NCBI GenBank assembly: GCA_000708835.1
Contig: DF237076.1
Span: 1-64,000 of the forward strand
Reading direction: 5' to 3'
DNA: 64,000 nt
DNA from: Klebsormidium nitens
Lineage: Eukaryota; Plantae; Klebsormidiophyceae
Shown here: piece after piece, positions 48,701 to 62,000 of the stretch
Numbering within the stretch: the first letter of the stretch is position 1
Layout: the number at the start of each line of letters is the position of its first letter
The notes under the pieces: generated by a model
Databases searched by the model: none
What the model was told of the DNA's origin: nothing
The model's input: only the letters and a program-made list of their open reading frames with translations
Position numbers and translations under genes: made by a program

Positions 48701-50191
48701 CATCTCTTCGCTCTTGTACAATCTTCAACCGAAGGCAAACCTCCGAGTCGGTTCTAGTCGAAGATTATTATTTCCGACCACGTGGTCAAAGCTGTAAGTG
48801 CAGAAGGCCAGCGGGCGCCCCGTAGACACCAAGCGGGGTTTTCCAGCTTTCTTTTCTTGCAAGACTCTGCAGGACCAGCACACTTTCAGAAGCATTTTTA
48901 GTACTGTCGAAACATTCCAGAATCATTCTTGCCGTTATTTCTGCAGAGAGCACGCTTTTTACCCTCTCCCCCTCCGGTCTCGACGACACTCTGCTCGCGT
49001 GGACGCGCGCGGCAGTGGCGACGCCGGCCGAGCTCGCGGCTGCCGGATGGACGCCCAAGAACTGCGGCCCTAGAGCCGCAGCGCGCGCGCTCGCGAGCTT
49101 CGCGGAGCCAGTCGGGAGGCGGAACGAGCTGCAGGTGGGCGCGGCGAGAAAAGACCATCTACTTTTTTCAGTGCTGCGCCATCTGTCAGCCGGAATAGCT
49201 TGTCGTTTTAGGTTAGGGGCTTCTGGATTAGCACGAGATAACGACGGACATCGACAGAAGTAGGGACTCGACGAATTGTTCTTGGTTCTTGCTTTTTGTG
49301 GGACGACGAAACGGGGGGTGTCAACTTTGTGCCGGCGCTTTTCTTTGTAGTATCTGCAGGGGCACGGATTGGAGTCTTGCGTGCTGATCGACTCTGCTAA
49401 CTCTTGCTGCTTGCTGGTAACATCAATTCCCGCACTTAAGAGGTATTGGAACGAGGCTTTCGGTGTGTTTCCTGAGGGCTGGTTCTGCTGTTGATCTCAA
49501 AAGGGCCCGCGTGAATTCGCTTTGGTGCGGGGACGACTGACCAAATCGATCCAACCCGTCGTTCGGCCCCAGCTGTATAAGATAGGTGCACAGAGGGTGA
49601 CTTATTAATCATGAACGAAAGTTGCGAGAACTCTGAAAGGGATGTTGAAGGAAATGCCGTCACATATTTGAAAGGCACTGTGCATTTTCGTCACCTTACA
49701 TACATAAAGAGCTCTTTTTTCGCCTGTGGCAGGGTAGCTTCTGCAAACACACCAGATCTCTAACTGAATTGTCGTTTTACTACGACCGGAATCAACCCTC
49801 ACAAATTATGTTGTCTCCGGTACATCAGTGCTCGAGCCTTTTTTGGTCGACACTTCTTCGGTAGACCGGTTCGGTACCCAGTTGCGAAAGCTCGTACAGT
49901 GGTCTTTCTACTTCATGACGTTAGCACTGTTTCTGCACGCTGCAGGCACTGTTATTGCTGATTCGGGCGTGTGACGAGCAGCTGAAAGGGTACCCGACCG
50001 ATCCACCGGGGTCGGACAACGGTCAACGTGATACGGACGTTTCGGACAGCAGTCCTCGTCTGGTTGCCAAGAGGACAGCAGAGCAATTGCAGGCCTTGGA
50101 GCAGAGGGCGATTACCGGAGCGAGAAAGTGGTTATTACGGCAGTTGCGAGTGGCGAAGAAAGAGCCCGAAAGCGAGAGTGAAGTTGAGTAG
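45708..50191 (+). CDS. SET-domain protein lysine methyltransferase, Rubisco-LSMT/SETD3-like, with probable organelle transit peptide
   Basis: Exons at about 45708-46325, 46880-47131, 47532-47684, 48092-48399, about 48990-49134 and 49945-50191. Motifs: L.EWL, EGDEIVRVP..ALMT, SFWAPYVSALP, HPLLW, WAAAILLSRSF, ALVPWADLLNHS, GQQVFDSYG, QLFLDYGFV. Ser/Arg-rich N-terminus. Confidence 0.9.
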
Positions 50192-50555
50192 ACTCGATTG
50201 AGACGACCATTGGGTCTTGAGTGTGGAACGGAAGCGATGACTTTCGCCGTGAAAAGACCTGACATGTGATTCGGTGGGGGACATTTGAGTCCTGTTGCTT
50301 CAGAATTTGAAGTGTCGTGGGCCTCGGGTGCTAACATATGCACTGTACCTTCATCCAAACCGAGGATTGTCCATACGCGTTGGAAGCCATATTTATCAGT
50401 CTATTTTGTCTTACGCACTCATCAATTATGCCATGCACTCGATTGCTCTCTAGTAGCACGGAACGTTGAATCAGTCCCTATAAACGATGTTATCGACCAA
50501 CTGATACCCCCAGGCGTGCATTAACCACAGCTAGGGATCGCGACCATTTTTGATG

Positions 50556-50585
50556 AGATCCGTGTACCCTGAGGGTCACGGATCT
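50556..50585. repeat. Near-perfect 30-nt palindrome/hairpin between convergent genes
   Basis: AGATCCGTG-t-ACCCT-g-AGGGT-CACGGATCT. Confidence 0.7.
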
Positions 50586-51207
50586 TCTGCACTGCCTGGC
50601 ACGTTAAATTGAGATTCGACCGTCATGATGAAAGATCGATGCGGATCGGCCGGAGCGCGATAGCGCAGGTAGACTGATCGAGCGCCTTATAACGAGAATT
50701 TGTAGTTTTGGTCGGACAATTCGAAATTGATGACGGAAGAGCTTGAGCTAGTCAATCACGCATGTTCCCATGTGCATATATATGCAATGATCGCTCATGC
50801 GTCGGATCATGGCAGTACGTATAGCTAAGTTCACATGCGTGATGACATATACAACTGAGCTAGTCGCAATCATATGGGATTCATATCTTAGAATCAATTG
50901 AAATGCGATATCATCGGATGCCGCGGCACATTAAGCTCAAGCCTCATTTACGCGGACATCTACGGAGCTCGTGAAACGTCTGTACGATTGGACCATTTGC
51001 TAGTATACTTTTCATACAGTATTGAAGGACATAACGTAACGGGAATGCATGCACGCAGATTTGCATGTAGGGCCGGCTATCAGTACAGAGCCCGGACTCG
51101 ACTGGCTAGCAGTACCTGCCGGACAGCTTGACAAGAGAGCTGCCAAACGTACATACATGGCCGTATACTGCGTAGAAAGTTGCAAAATCTGAATCATTCT
51201 CTGCCTT

Positions 51208-53433
51208 TCAATTATCTTGTATCGAAACTCTTTTACTGGCTACCTGGAACTGCTGAAAGTGCGTCGACGCTTTATCATCACCCAAATCTATGTACACAGG
51301 TGGTTCCGCCCTCCGTCGCTTGCGGGGCTTGACATCCACCTCTTCGTTTCCCCCACTTTGACTTCCAAATGGACCGTGCTCGAGAATCCGGTCCAGCGTT
51401 TGCGACTCTGGCTTGACATCATCACCTTGCGTGCTCATACCCGCCTCGCTGACTTGCGAGTACCGGTTCTGACTACCGAGACCCACACCGCCGGCTGGGT
51501 CTCGTCTGCTTTCCCGAGAGCTCGTTGAGGGAGCCGGCATCTTTGTCCGGTTTATGAGCGCAACGTGTTCTGGGACTGCCGGGTCAAGGATCTTTCGGAG
51601 CGCTAGGATGCTGACGGTCTCATAGCGCAGAGTGAGGGTGATCTTAGCTGCACCTGGGGCGTGTCGGAAGTGCACTCGTCGGGGCTGCACCGCTCGGTAG
51701 ATTGTTCTGCCAGTGCTGGCTCCGAGGCTGCATGAACAAGACGCAAATTTCAGCCTCTGCCGCCGCATCGAAAAATGAAGTAGGGGGATTTCATGGCTTC
51801 GATTGGCGGAGTCTGCTTTCCATGGGAACCCAGGGTCACCGGCCATTGAATGAGGACAACGCCCCAACATACGACCAGAAGCAGCGAAAGAACACAGTGC
51901 GCGGTCAAGGGCTTGGCCCGCGACGCTTCACTTGATTGGGAGTGTTGAGTGCTCAGATCGATCGAGGTGGTCAGAACAAATCAAAAGGCTGATGATCAAG
52001 AACCACTGTAACAGAGGACCAATCAAAGAGACTTCAAGCTGGCCCAATCAGACTAGCTGCTGCCAGATGCAGACCCCAACCGGCATGAAGCACGTTTCTG
52101 GGCCTCGAAAGTGTACCGACTCTGAATCCAGAAAGTCTCCAAAGAAGAGAATATAAAACAGCGTCTGACGCAATGAGACAAAGGCATGAAGTGGGCAACC
52201 TGGGATGGCAAACGCCTGATGTTATAAAGGTACATCCAAGCATGGCTTTCTTGTATCCTGTCGTTCTCAGAACGTATTTCACAAAAATCTTGGTTCTGAC
52301 TTCGTGCCCCAAGCACTGGGCCCTGCTCAAAGTGGCCGGCCGATGACATTGCATAGACGCCTCTTAAGGCAGCAATACAACATTGCAGACCACGGAGTAA
52401 GACGCCACACTCACCTCGGCGCCAGGTAAAATTTCTTCCCGTCCGGCAGCTGCTGCATGGACGGCGCCCGCGCCCCCTCTCCTTTGTGCTTGTCCAGGCC
52501 CGCATACTTCCTGCACCGGTGGCACTCCCCTTGTCCCGGACAGTCATACGTTTCTGCTGGGATGAACACGACCTTGACGCTCCCCAGGTCCCCTGTCCCA
52601 TGACCGCCGTCTTGGCTGCCAGTGTTGTCTTCTCGCTGCTGAGGCGCAGCAAACACAAACGAGGTGACCTGGCGGAAAATTCAAAAAGAGGGTCAGCTGG
52701 GGCTGAATGAATGTATCTCCTGAAGAAAGAGTGTCAGCTGCGCCCGAATCTATGAACTTAGAGCAGGTTTGTAGATGACTGGGACCTGACGCTGCTGCTG
52801 ACTTGGTTAGATAGGCAGTAAGGGGAACAAGAAGAACAGCAGACGCATGCTGTGACCTTCACCCAAGCTGTGGTTCATATACAGCATGGTTGAGCAGAAT
52901 GTTGAGCAGATGAGTCGAAAGTCCGTTTGATTTAGCTTGCTTCCATCCTAGAAATCAATTCCTTCCAAAACACTGTGACCGGCAAGCCCCCGAAAAAACC
53001 TTAGCCATTGAGCTCGCACGTCGCAATCAATCTTTCCAGACCCCTCAATGGGAAACCGATACTAACACCGATAGATCTATGTAAAGAATCACTTCCACAG
53101 GCTACAAAAAAATCAGTATAGCAGCAACATCACCTTCCGCCAATCGCCATCGAGTCTGAACCCGTCAAAGCGGGCGCTGTGGCTCCCCCCAGCTTGAAAC
53201 TTCTTGGAGTATCCCACGCTCTTTCCGTCCAAGTAGCAGTCTATGATCATTGGCTGCGCTGGGGGATCTCCCCCGCCTTCTTGACAGCGGTAGACTCTGA
53301 CAGCGAAGCCATCGCCTGGCTTTTGAACTGCCGCATAGAAGGTGCGGTTGCTCTCAACCTCTGCTATTTTGGACAAGCTTGAGTCCAGGAGCTCGATGCC
53401 ATAACACACACCACCAGGGCCACGTACTCTCAT
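51208..53433 (-). CDS. Hypothetical protein, resembles the uncharacterised DUF7918-type beta-sandwich family
   Basis: Exon 53433-about 53134 (GIELL..EVESNRTFYAAVQKPGDGFAVRV..IDCYLDGKSVG..FDGF), exon about 52637-52414 (GDLGSVKVVF) and exon about 51727-51208 (TLTLRYETVSILALRKIL). The family name is from recollection of the motif pattern, not a search. Confidence 0.65.
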
Positions 53434-54056
53434 CTTTAGCTTTTGTTTGTTTGTTTCTGTTTTCTGTGGGGCAATCCTGAAGCAGCCTGCTCAAGCTGTC
53501 CAATCAGCCACACCAAAGAAACAACCTTCAGATGATGCTTCCTCTCTGATTCAGTGAAGCTGCCTGACCCAAATGCTCAAGGAGAACAACCTGTGCTTAC
53601 TTGTGATTACGAGCACGCCGTCATCTGTTCAAAGAATTTGCTGGGAAGGACCGCGGTTTGTACTGTGGCTGGAAAAAGCATGTCTTGCCTTGCTCACTAT
53701 TATGACAACCTTAGGTCATGTTCCTGTCAAAGATAGAACAACCTCCAACTTCTTGAAGCGGTCCCCGCTTTGCTTAAGTCATGGTGCTAGCTAATGTTCA
53801 GGATCCCTGCTAACCCCTGGGCTCCTCCCTCTTGCGTCGCACATGTTCTACTCGTGAGTGGAACAGAGAAGCCATTGCATGCCTTCTTGCAGGGCTTCTG
53901 CTGTGTACTCCCGCCAAGCAACGCGTTCAGAAACAAACTTGAAGAAGCCCTTGAACTTGAACTTGAAGTTGATCGAAGTTCACAAGGAGCCCTTGATACC
54001 GTTGGACTCTTGACGGCTGGGAAGATTTTTTGGAACCCTACATAAAGTTTGGACCG

Positions 54057-54576
54057 CTAGGAATAACTGCACCCTTTATCGGCCAGCTCCTATCACCGGC
54101 CACCTCGACAGATAAGTAACCGAGTCTCGATCGACCGAGTTTCAGACTTCGGTCGCGGCCGAAAACCGAAGTTCAAATTCGGTCTTTCGCCCATTTTTTG
54201 GCATGTTGGGACATTCAGAGGACCATGAAGTTCTTGCTTGTTGGCGACCAAACTTGGTAGGCATGTTGGCCAGGTCAATATCTAACCCTGGTTTCAAACC
54301 CGACTCAAATTGGCCAAGTCTAGTGGGTTTGGCAACCTTATGTAGGTGGCCGGTAATAGGAACATCAAAAAAAGGAGGGAAATATTGGAGCAACATTTTT
54401 TGAGCTTATACTGTGCCTAGCACTCCGCGTTTTTGATATAAGTCCCTTATATGGCTGGAAAGAGAATTCGACGAGCTTTCTATCCATGTATCACATGCAT
54501 ATAGAAAAGTGCTCGAAGGTCGAAACACTGGCGTCCAAAGATGAAGGTGGCCGATAATGGGTGCATTTATTCCTAG
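54057..54576. mobile_element. Complete ~516-bp MITE with 32-bp terminal inverted repeats and CTAG (or TA) target duplication
   Basis: Left ctaggaataactgcaccctttatcggccagct (54057-54088). Right aggtggccgataatgggtgcatttattcctag (54545-54576), whose reverse complement matches at 29/32. An internal second IR pair lies at 54086-54105 / 54344-54363. No transposase ORF. Confidence 0.88.
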
Positions 54577-56074
54577 ATGGCAAGTCTTCGGCCGCCTGAG
54601 ATACCGGTACCTAGGTATATGTATGGAAGCCTGTGCATACTTGCCTACTCCAAGTACTGGGTGTTCCGCGATCTAGTTCGGGGTTCCCTTGTGACAATCG
54701 ACGGCTCCGATGAAAGTTTGACATTTGCTGTGACAAAGACCGATGCAAAGAGTTGGTTTTTAGCTGGGCACTTGAATCCTACAAAAAGCCTCGAAAAATG
54801 AGTGGGTTGAAGCCGTGCAAGCCGGCACTTAAGGTTCTCGTATTGCTCCTGTTCCCACCTCCTTATACATATGTACGCCCCAATTTCTTTATAATTGCTT
54901 GTAGCTTCTGGGCAGCACGACCTTTTTAATTACACACAACATCGAAGTGTCTTATACTTGATAACCCCCGTAAAACAGCTTCACGGTCACGTATACAAGA
55001 AGTTGTTTCTGCCTTATGCAGCTACAACTCTAGAGATTCGAAGTCACGTTCTGAAATACTGTATCAAAGAAGTCGCCGCATTCTAAATGCTGGTCATCGC
55101 TGAGAAGACGCAAAACGGTTGGAACTTGGTGCGGCAAGATCACGCGCACGCTTATCAAGGTGACTCTCGAGTCTCATGGTCATTGTGAAGAGCATGCGGA
55201 GTCGCAGCTTCGACTCTTCGAGTGGATTCTTGCTCAAATTGGACCAATGGCAAACGGATGCTGCTGAAAATTGAGGTGGAGGGTCATGCTGGATTCAATT
55301 TGCCCTTCTTACTTAGGTAGTCAGACGTTCAGGTTGGACAGCTTTGGTGCTTGGTGGATCTGATTTCCAGACAATGAGTTGCATCTGATTGCTGTGCCGA
55401 TGGAGGAGAAAGAGCTCAAAGTAAGTACTTTGTGACTCTCTTGAGCAACTGCGTCCCATAAAGTGTGCACTCTCTCTTGTCGTCAGATGTAAGCGTTATT
55501 TCTGTCTTCCTGCTGGTCAGCTCAGCTCAAATCCGAAGAGGCACGGTATGTTGAGAAGTAGTCCTCACTTTTGTTTGATTCAAGCATCAAACAACGCCGA
55601 CTGCATCTATTGCTAGCACCAATCGCCAGCGATTTTTATCTTCATCTTGCCAATCGTTAAAGTTACCAGCATGAATTTTGAGTGCACTTTTGTTTTCGCT
55701 ACTGCAATTCAAGATTTTCAAGTTGCTGCTTTCTGTGCAGGCAATCCGTCCTTGATCAAGCCCCAGTCTGGGAAGTCTGAAGGACTGTGTTTCTAGGAAA
55801 GAGCGTTGCAGGGTGCTCCAGAGTTGTGTTTGCCCATTGCACAGCACAAGTTTTGGTTTCGCCCTGAGCACGGCGCACCACCAGCGCTCTCTGAAGTTTG
55901 CAGATTGCGGAGCTGCTCTGGTGGGGTAGTCTCAAGTTTTGTCACAGTGGCTCCGGCTGTTTGATCAGTTGCACATGGTCTACAACTGCACCCGACGATG
56001 TGGTTGTCGCTTGCAAGTTAGACAGAGGCGTCCTGGTCTTTGCTAAAAGAGACGGCCCTCAAGTAGTCGACAAC

Positions 56075-59000
56075 ATGAGCGAGGGCAAGCAGGGCGAGGG
56101 AGGACGCCTTCTTGCACCTAGAAAGTCCTCTGAGAAGGCCCCCGACTCGGAGGTTGTCACCTACTCCAGAAAGAGGAAAGCAGGCGCCGACGATGCCACA
56201 GACAGAAAGCTTGTGAAGAAGGAGGCAGACGAGGAGCCGCGGAAGCCTGAAGATGATTGGCCGGTGTCAGCTTACGGGAGCGGCAGGGAGGCAGCAAGGC
56301 TGGCGATGCAGCGTGTGAGGGAGCAAGCGTCGTCCAAGAAGGGTAAGAAGCCTGCAGGGAAGCAGCCCGGGGGGGGCGCTGCGGATCTGCAAGCGCGTTT
56401 CTCTGGAGCCGCTTCGGAAAGCGGTGGAGAGGATGGCGTCCCGGCCAGAGAGGAGCCTGAGGGGGATATTGCTGTGGTTCTGGGGGGCCCTGCTGAGGAG
56501 GGGGTGAGCAAAGGGGCGCCAGCTGTGGGGGCAGAACTAGAAGGGGGACGACGAACACGAGCGAGCGTCGCCGCCGTTGCTTTGCAGAGCAAGGGGAAAG
56601 CTGGGAAGGGGCAGAAGAAGGTTGAGCAGGAGAAGGCTCAGCCCCCCGGTAAGGACAGAAAGGCGGGTGAGCAGGCGTCGCTCCAGGGGGGCACAGTTGG
56701 GCGGGGTCTGTCCCCCCGACTGGCTTTGAAGAGATGCGAGGATGCGAAGAGCCCAAAAGCAAGTGGTGGACTCACCCCCACACTTGGAACGAGGCGGGGA
56801 GAGGTGGCCGTGGAAGGAGGGAAGCAGACAAAGGTGGAGGAAGACAGGGGCTTTTCTGAGGGGATTGTCAAGAACGAGAAGGGCCGGCCAGACTCTGCCG
56901 ATGAGAAGAGGGAGACGCGCCAGAGGGGCAGGCCCAAGGTGGAAACAGGGGATGGGGATGTGGTTTTTGAGAGGGAGATAGCTACGCCAAGGCAGTCAGC
57001 GAAGGGGAAAGCGGTGGAGGGGCTAAGGATGAGCCCGAGGGGGAAGAAGGAGAGCAAAGCAGTTGCTGTGCAGACCGGCGCTGTGATTATGCTTGAGAAA
57101 ACGAAACCGCAGAAGGTGGAGGGCAAGGAGGAGATTGTGCTGGAACTGGAGACTCCAGCCGAAACAGGCGGTGCTAGCGGAAGCGGGCTGGAGAAGCCAG
57201 ACGATGAGGTGGACGTCACTCGGGGGGCTGAAGAGGCGAGGGAAGCTCTGGAAACGGAGGGCGATGACAAAGATGTTGATCAAGAGAAAGAGAAGGAAGG
57301 CGGGAAGGAGGAGCAAGAAGTGGAGGCGGTGGAAATGCCAGGGTTACCGGAGGCACCTGGAGGCTTAGCAGAGGCGCCGGGGAAGGAACTGGGCCCTGAG
57401 CAAACGAATGATAGTGAGTTGGGCATCTCGCAAGGGGACGGGGCAGGGGCCCCTGAAGATGGGAAAGCAGGTGTCGCAGGGGTCCCTGAGGAAGAGAAAG
57501 TAGACGAGGAGAATGGGCCGGAAGCGAGTGCGCCGGTTGCAGAGACTCCGGAAGAAGTGAAGAGTGCGACTGAAAGCACGGAGGCATTGGCGACGGGAAG
57601 TCCAAGCATAAGCCAGATTGTGGCTGAGAAGGAGAGCGCAGCGCAAGAAGGGGAGGGGGAGGGCGCAGGAGACCGGCCCCCGCCTGTGAGGCTGACTCGG
57701 CAGCAGCTGCGGGAGCGGAAAGAGTCCGGTGGAGCAGGGTGCGCCAATCCAAAGGAGGCGAGCAAACAGAGTGATGCTGCAAAAGAGACGATATCGCAAG
57801 GCAAGGAGCCTGTCTTGGAGACAGAGTCGAAGGAGCGGGAAGAGGAAGCAGAGGTTAGAGTGGACTCAGGCAGCGGGTTGGCTGGGGTTGTGAAGACGGA
57901 AGAGGCGAGCGGAGCGGAAGGGACACCTGCAGAAAAGGGTGGGCAAGGGGTGGAAGCGGAAAAGCTTCTGGAGGCAGCAAAAGAGAAGCTCCCGGTTGAC
58001 GAGAAGGAAAAGTTGCCGGTTTCGGAGGTGAAGGCCGCTCCTCTGAACCCCGCCACTTGCCCCATTTGCCTGAGGACGTTTCAAAGTCCCAAAGCTATGT
58101 ACGGGCATCAGCGCACGCACGACACAGGCCAGCGGAGCAGAGTAGAGAACCCCAAAGTTGGAGTGAAGCGGACAGGGGCACCGATCGCTAAGGCGCCCAA
58201 AAAGCCGGCCAATGAGGGCACGGGGAACAAGATTGTCGGGAAGGGTGATTCCGTGGGCAGAGTTGAAGTGAAGAAGGAGGCTGGAGCAGACGTCAAGAAG
58301 GTGGCGGAGAGCCCGCCGACCCGAGTGCTCAAGAAGCGGAAAGTGACCGAGGTTGTGGTGGAGAAGAAGCAGCCCGAGAGTGCGCCGACTCAGGTGGCGA
58401 AGAAGCCCCAGGGAGTAACCGGGGCTCCAAAAGTCGGGGGTGCAAAGGTTGGGGATGTGAAGCCTGGGGATGCGAAGCTTGCGGTTAACCCCGGGGTTAA
58501 ACCTGGGGTTAAGCCTGGTCTTGCAAAGCTTGGGGAAGCAAAGCCTGGGGTTAAGCCTGGGGTTAAGCCTGGGGTCAAGCCGGGGATTCAAGTGCTCAAG
58601 AAACTGGGGGTTCCGGAGGCCAAGGGCAGCGCAGGAGGTGAGGCCACGTGTCCCATCTGCCAGAGGACGTTCCACAGCAACAAGGCCATGTATGGGCACC
58701 AGCGCGCGCACAACATTTCCGAGGGGGTGTCAGCGGCAGTAAAGACTTCGCCTGCAAAAGCTCCCAAGACGAAGAAACTAAAGAAGGCGACGCTCGGGAA
58801 GGCGCCGGAGGGGGCACCGCTGCTGAAGAAGAAAGCGGCGCTCGGAAAGGCGTACGCGAGTGGGCAGTTGAAGAAGCTGGCGGCGGTTCTCCAGAAGCTG
58901 AAGAAGGGGCCGGTTGGGAAAGGGTTGGTGAAGCCCAGCGGGACCCCGGCTAAGCTGAAGCCGAAACCGGAGAGCTCCGGGGGCCCCGAGACGCCGGCGT

Positions 59001-62000
59001 CTCCGGCCACTTGCCCGATCTGCCTTCGCACTTTCCAGAGCCCGAAGGCAATGTACGGGCACCAGCGCACGCATGACTTGGACGAGAGGAGCAGATTGAG
59101 CGGGGTGGGGCTCCCAGCTGTGAAGGTGAAGGAAGGGCTGCCCCTGCGGAAGCTCAAGCCCCCGGGTCTGCTGGGGAAGAAGAAGAAGCTCTCCGCGGTG
59201 GCGGTAGCGCCGGGGGGGCTCGTTCGCAAGAAGCCGCTGGGGGCCCCGTCGGGCCCGAGTGTTGCCCTGGCGTGGAACAAGAAAGACGCCGCGCAGAGCG
59301 TCTTGCTGGCGCAGAAGAAGAAGCGCAGTGAGCCCGCTCCGGCCTTCAAGCCGACCTTAGTGCAGACAGAATCTCAGGACGAAGGAGTGGAAGAAGAGGG
59401 GGACGGCCGGGCGAGCCTCGACGGAACCGAGAGTCCGGCACACACCCCCGGGAGCATTCCGACGTGCCCCGTCTGCCAGAGGACGTTCAAGAGCCGGAAA
59501 GCGCTGTACGGCCATCAGCGCACGCACGGCGGGGGGTTCGCGGTGGCCGTGCAAAAGAAGCTCCGCTTGAGTCGCCCTCCCTCGGCCTCCGGCATGTTCA
59601 AGAAGAAGCCGCTCGGCGGGGAGGGGAGCGAAGGCGAACAGTCCCGTTTCGAGACGCTCAGGAGCCGGGTCAGAGGAGAGGGATCTCTCGCCGAGGGCAG
59701 CGAAGCGGGGGCTTCCGAAAGGCGGAGCGGACGGCTCCCCGTTTTCGAGGCCCTGGGGGGTCCAGAGAATCAGGGAGTGATCGCCGGACCTCGCACCGTT
59801 CCCCACAGCGAACTTAGGGGGGCGAGAATGCAAGGCCCGATCTGCCATCAGGGCCGCCCCCCCCTCCCTCAGGTGCGTACCCTCATCAGCGCCGAGGAGG
59901 CGCTGGCCGATTCGGGGGGGTACTCGATCAAGGGCGTGATGCAGAACCCGACCGCGGGGAGCCTCGTGGGCTCGTGCCTGGAGTGCCGCGGGGGGGTGTT
60001 CTCCGAGGGGCGCGCGTGGCTGCGCTGCGGGGGGGGGTGCGGGCGCTACATCCACCAGAAGTGCACGGCCCGCCCGCGCATGAAGGGCCCCCCCGGGGAG
60101 GGGTACATCTATGCGTGCTGGGACTGCAGGGAGTGCCACAGCTGCGGCGTGCGGCTGTTGGACGCGCCCGAGCCGGGGCAGCACAAGGAGCGGCAGTACA
60201 CGCTGTGCCCGCCGTGCGCGCGGCTGTGGGCCATGCACAACTACTGCACCGCGTGCGAGAAGGTGCGTGCGGGAGTTCTCTTTTGCTGGGCGTTGTCTTG
60301 CATCCTTTGTCTTTGCGTCTCGTGCTCACTCCGATCCTGGAATACGCAGCTGTTCATTGTAGGCCTTTGAGGGAGCTTGCAATGAAAACTTCTTAACCTG
60401 TCTGACGCCTTTCGTCCGCTGAAAGCTAGCCTTCCCTTGCTACTGAGCTCCTTGCAGGCATCGTGAATCCAATGCTCCTCAGGTAGCAAGGTGGCAACTT
60501 GTCTCCTTACTTGTTTGCCCCGCTCCACCTATTCTTCAAAAGCTGTCCGAGGCAAGCTCATAAATTATCCCTGCGTACTTGGGAGCCATGACCTTTCTTC
60601 TCAGTAACGGGTTTTCCTCCCGCAGGTCTATCACGACGACTACGTGGGCGAGCCGATGGTCCAGTGCACCATCTGCTTCCACTGGTGCCACGCCGCCTGC
60701 GAGGGCTACTCCAAAGATCAGTACGCCGCGCTTGTGGAAGACCCCAACTCCGTCTTCCACTGCTCTCGCTGTCAGTCCGGCGCCCGCAAGCCTGCGCCTC
60801 GACCGATCTCTGAAGCGGAAGCGATCGCCGAAGCAGCGGCGGAGAAAGCCGCGCAGATGGGGGGGACCAACAGGCTCGGCCGGCGGACCCCCGGGGCAAG
60901 AGCGTCGATCTTTGACGCGCCGGTAAGAAAGACGGGCAGCATGCAGCAGCTGTTGACCGAGACGGGCCTGGAGACACGCGAACGGGTCCCCACTCCCAAA
61001 GCGAAGGCGAGGCCCAAGTCTGCACCGAAGACCCCCGGCGCGAATGCGTTCTCGGAGGATGGAGGAGATCTGGCGGTCACGAACCGGCCGTTGGGAGCGG
61101 GGCTGCTGCGCCCGGGGCTCGTGACCAACAGCCCGAAGCGCGCGCGCAGCAACGCGGCGATCCGCGCCAGCAAGAAGGCGCGGGTGCGGACCGCGTTTCA
61201 GGGGTGGGGAAAGAGCCTGCAGGGGGCCCCCCCGCTGTCGCCCACGACGGGGCTGATCGCGCCCGAGGAGCGGGACACCAGCCGGACGGGGCGCCGGATC
61301 AAGACGCCTCTGCGCCTCGTAGAAACAGACCCGCTCGAAGGAGGGGAGAACGATCAGGAAGGGTTCGACGGCGGCGCGGCGGTTGCGTCTACCCCCTCCT
61401 GGAAAAAGAAACTTGCGGCGAGCGTCGTTGCGGCGAAGCTGGGCCAACTAGGGAAGGTGGCTGGGAAGCGGAAGCGCGCAGAGGCGGAGGCGGCCGATGA
61501 GGTCATCGAGGAAGCGGCGCTGATCGGGTCGCTCGTGCGGAGACTGAACTCCCCGCTGCCCCGCCCGGCAGATACTCCCTCCAAGCAGGTGGGTTTTGCC
61601 GCAGAGGCTACGCAGAAGGCCGACGCGAGCCCGCAGAGGGATCCCCCCAAGGTCGTGGCGAAGCAGAGGATCCGCCACGTGTCAGGCGAGGGCCCCTGGT
61701 GCGGCGACCGGCGGCACCCCCCTCAGGCCCCGGTGCGCTTCTCCAGCGGTGCGCTCTGCGCTCTCGAGTCGTGCAAAGTGTGCGGGGGGCTCGGGGACCG
61801 GGACGAGGACGAGTACCTGTGCTGCGTGGACTGCGGGGAGGCGTACCACAGCTTCTGCCTGGAGCCGCCGCTGAAGCGGAACGAGAAGCTGCGGGAGTTC
61901 TGGCGGTGCCCCACGTGCAAGCTATGCGACGTGAGCGCTCGAGCTTTGCTTCCTTTGTCTGAGGCGTGCGAAGGCAAAAGTGTTGCTGTTTTGATTCCGT

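Noticed and set aside
56157-60396. Many long antisense and alternate-frame ORFs
   Set aside because: Expected shadows of the GC-rich 4.2-kb exon.
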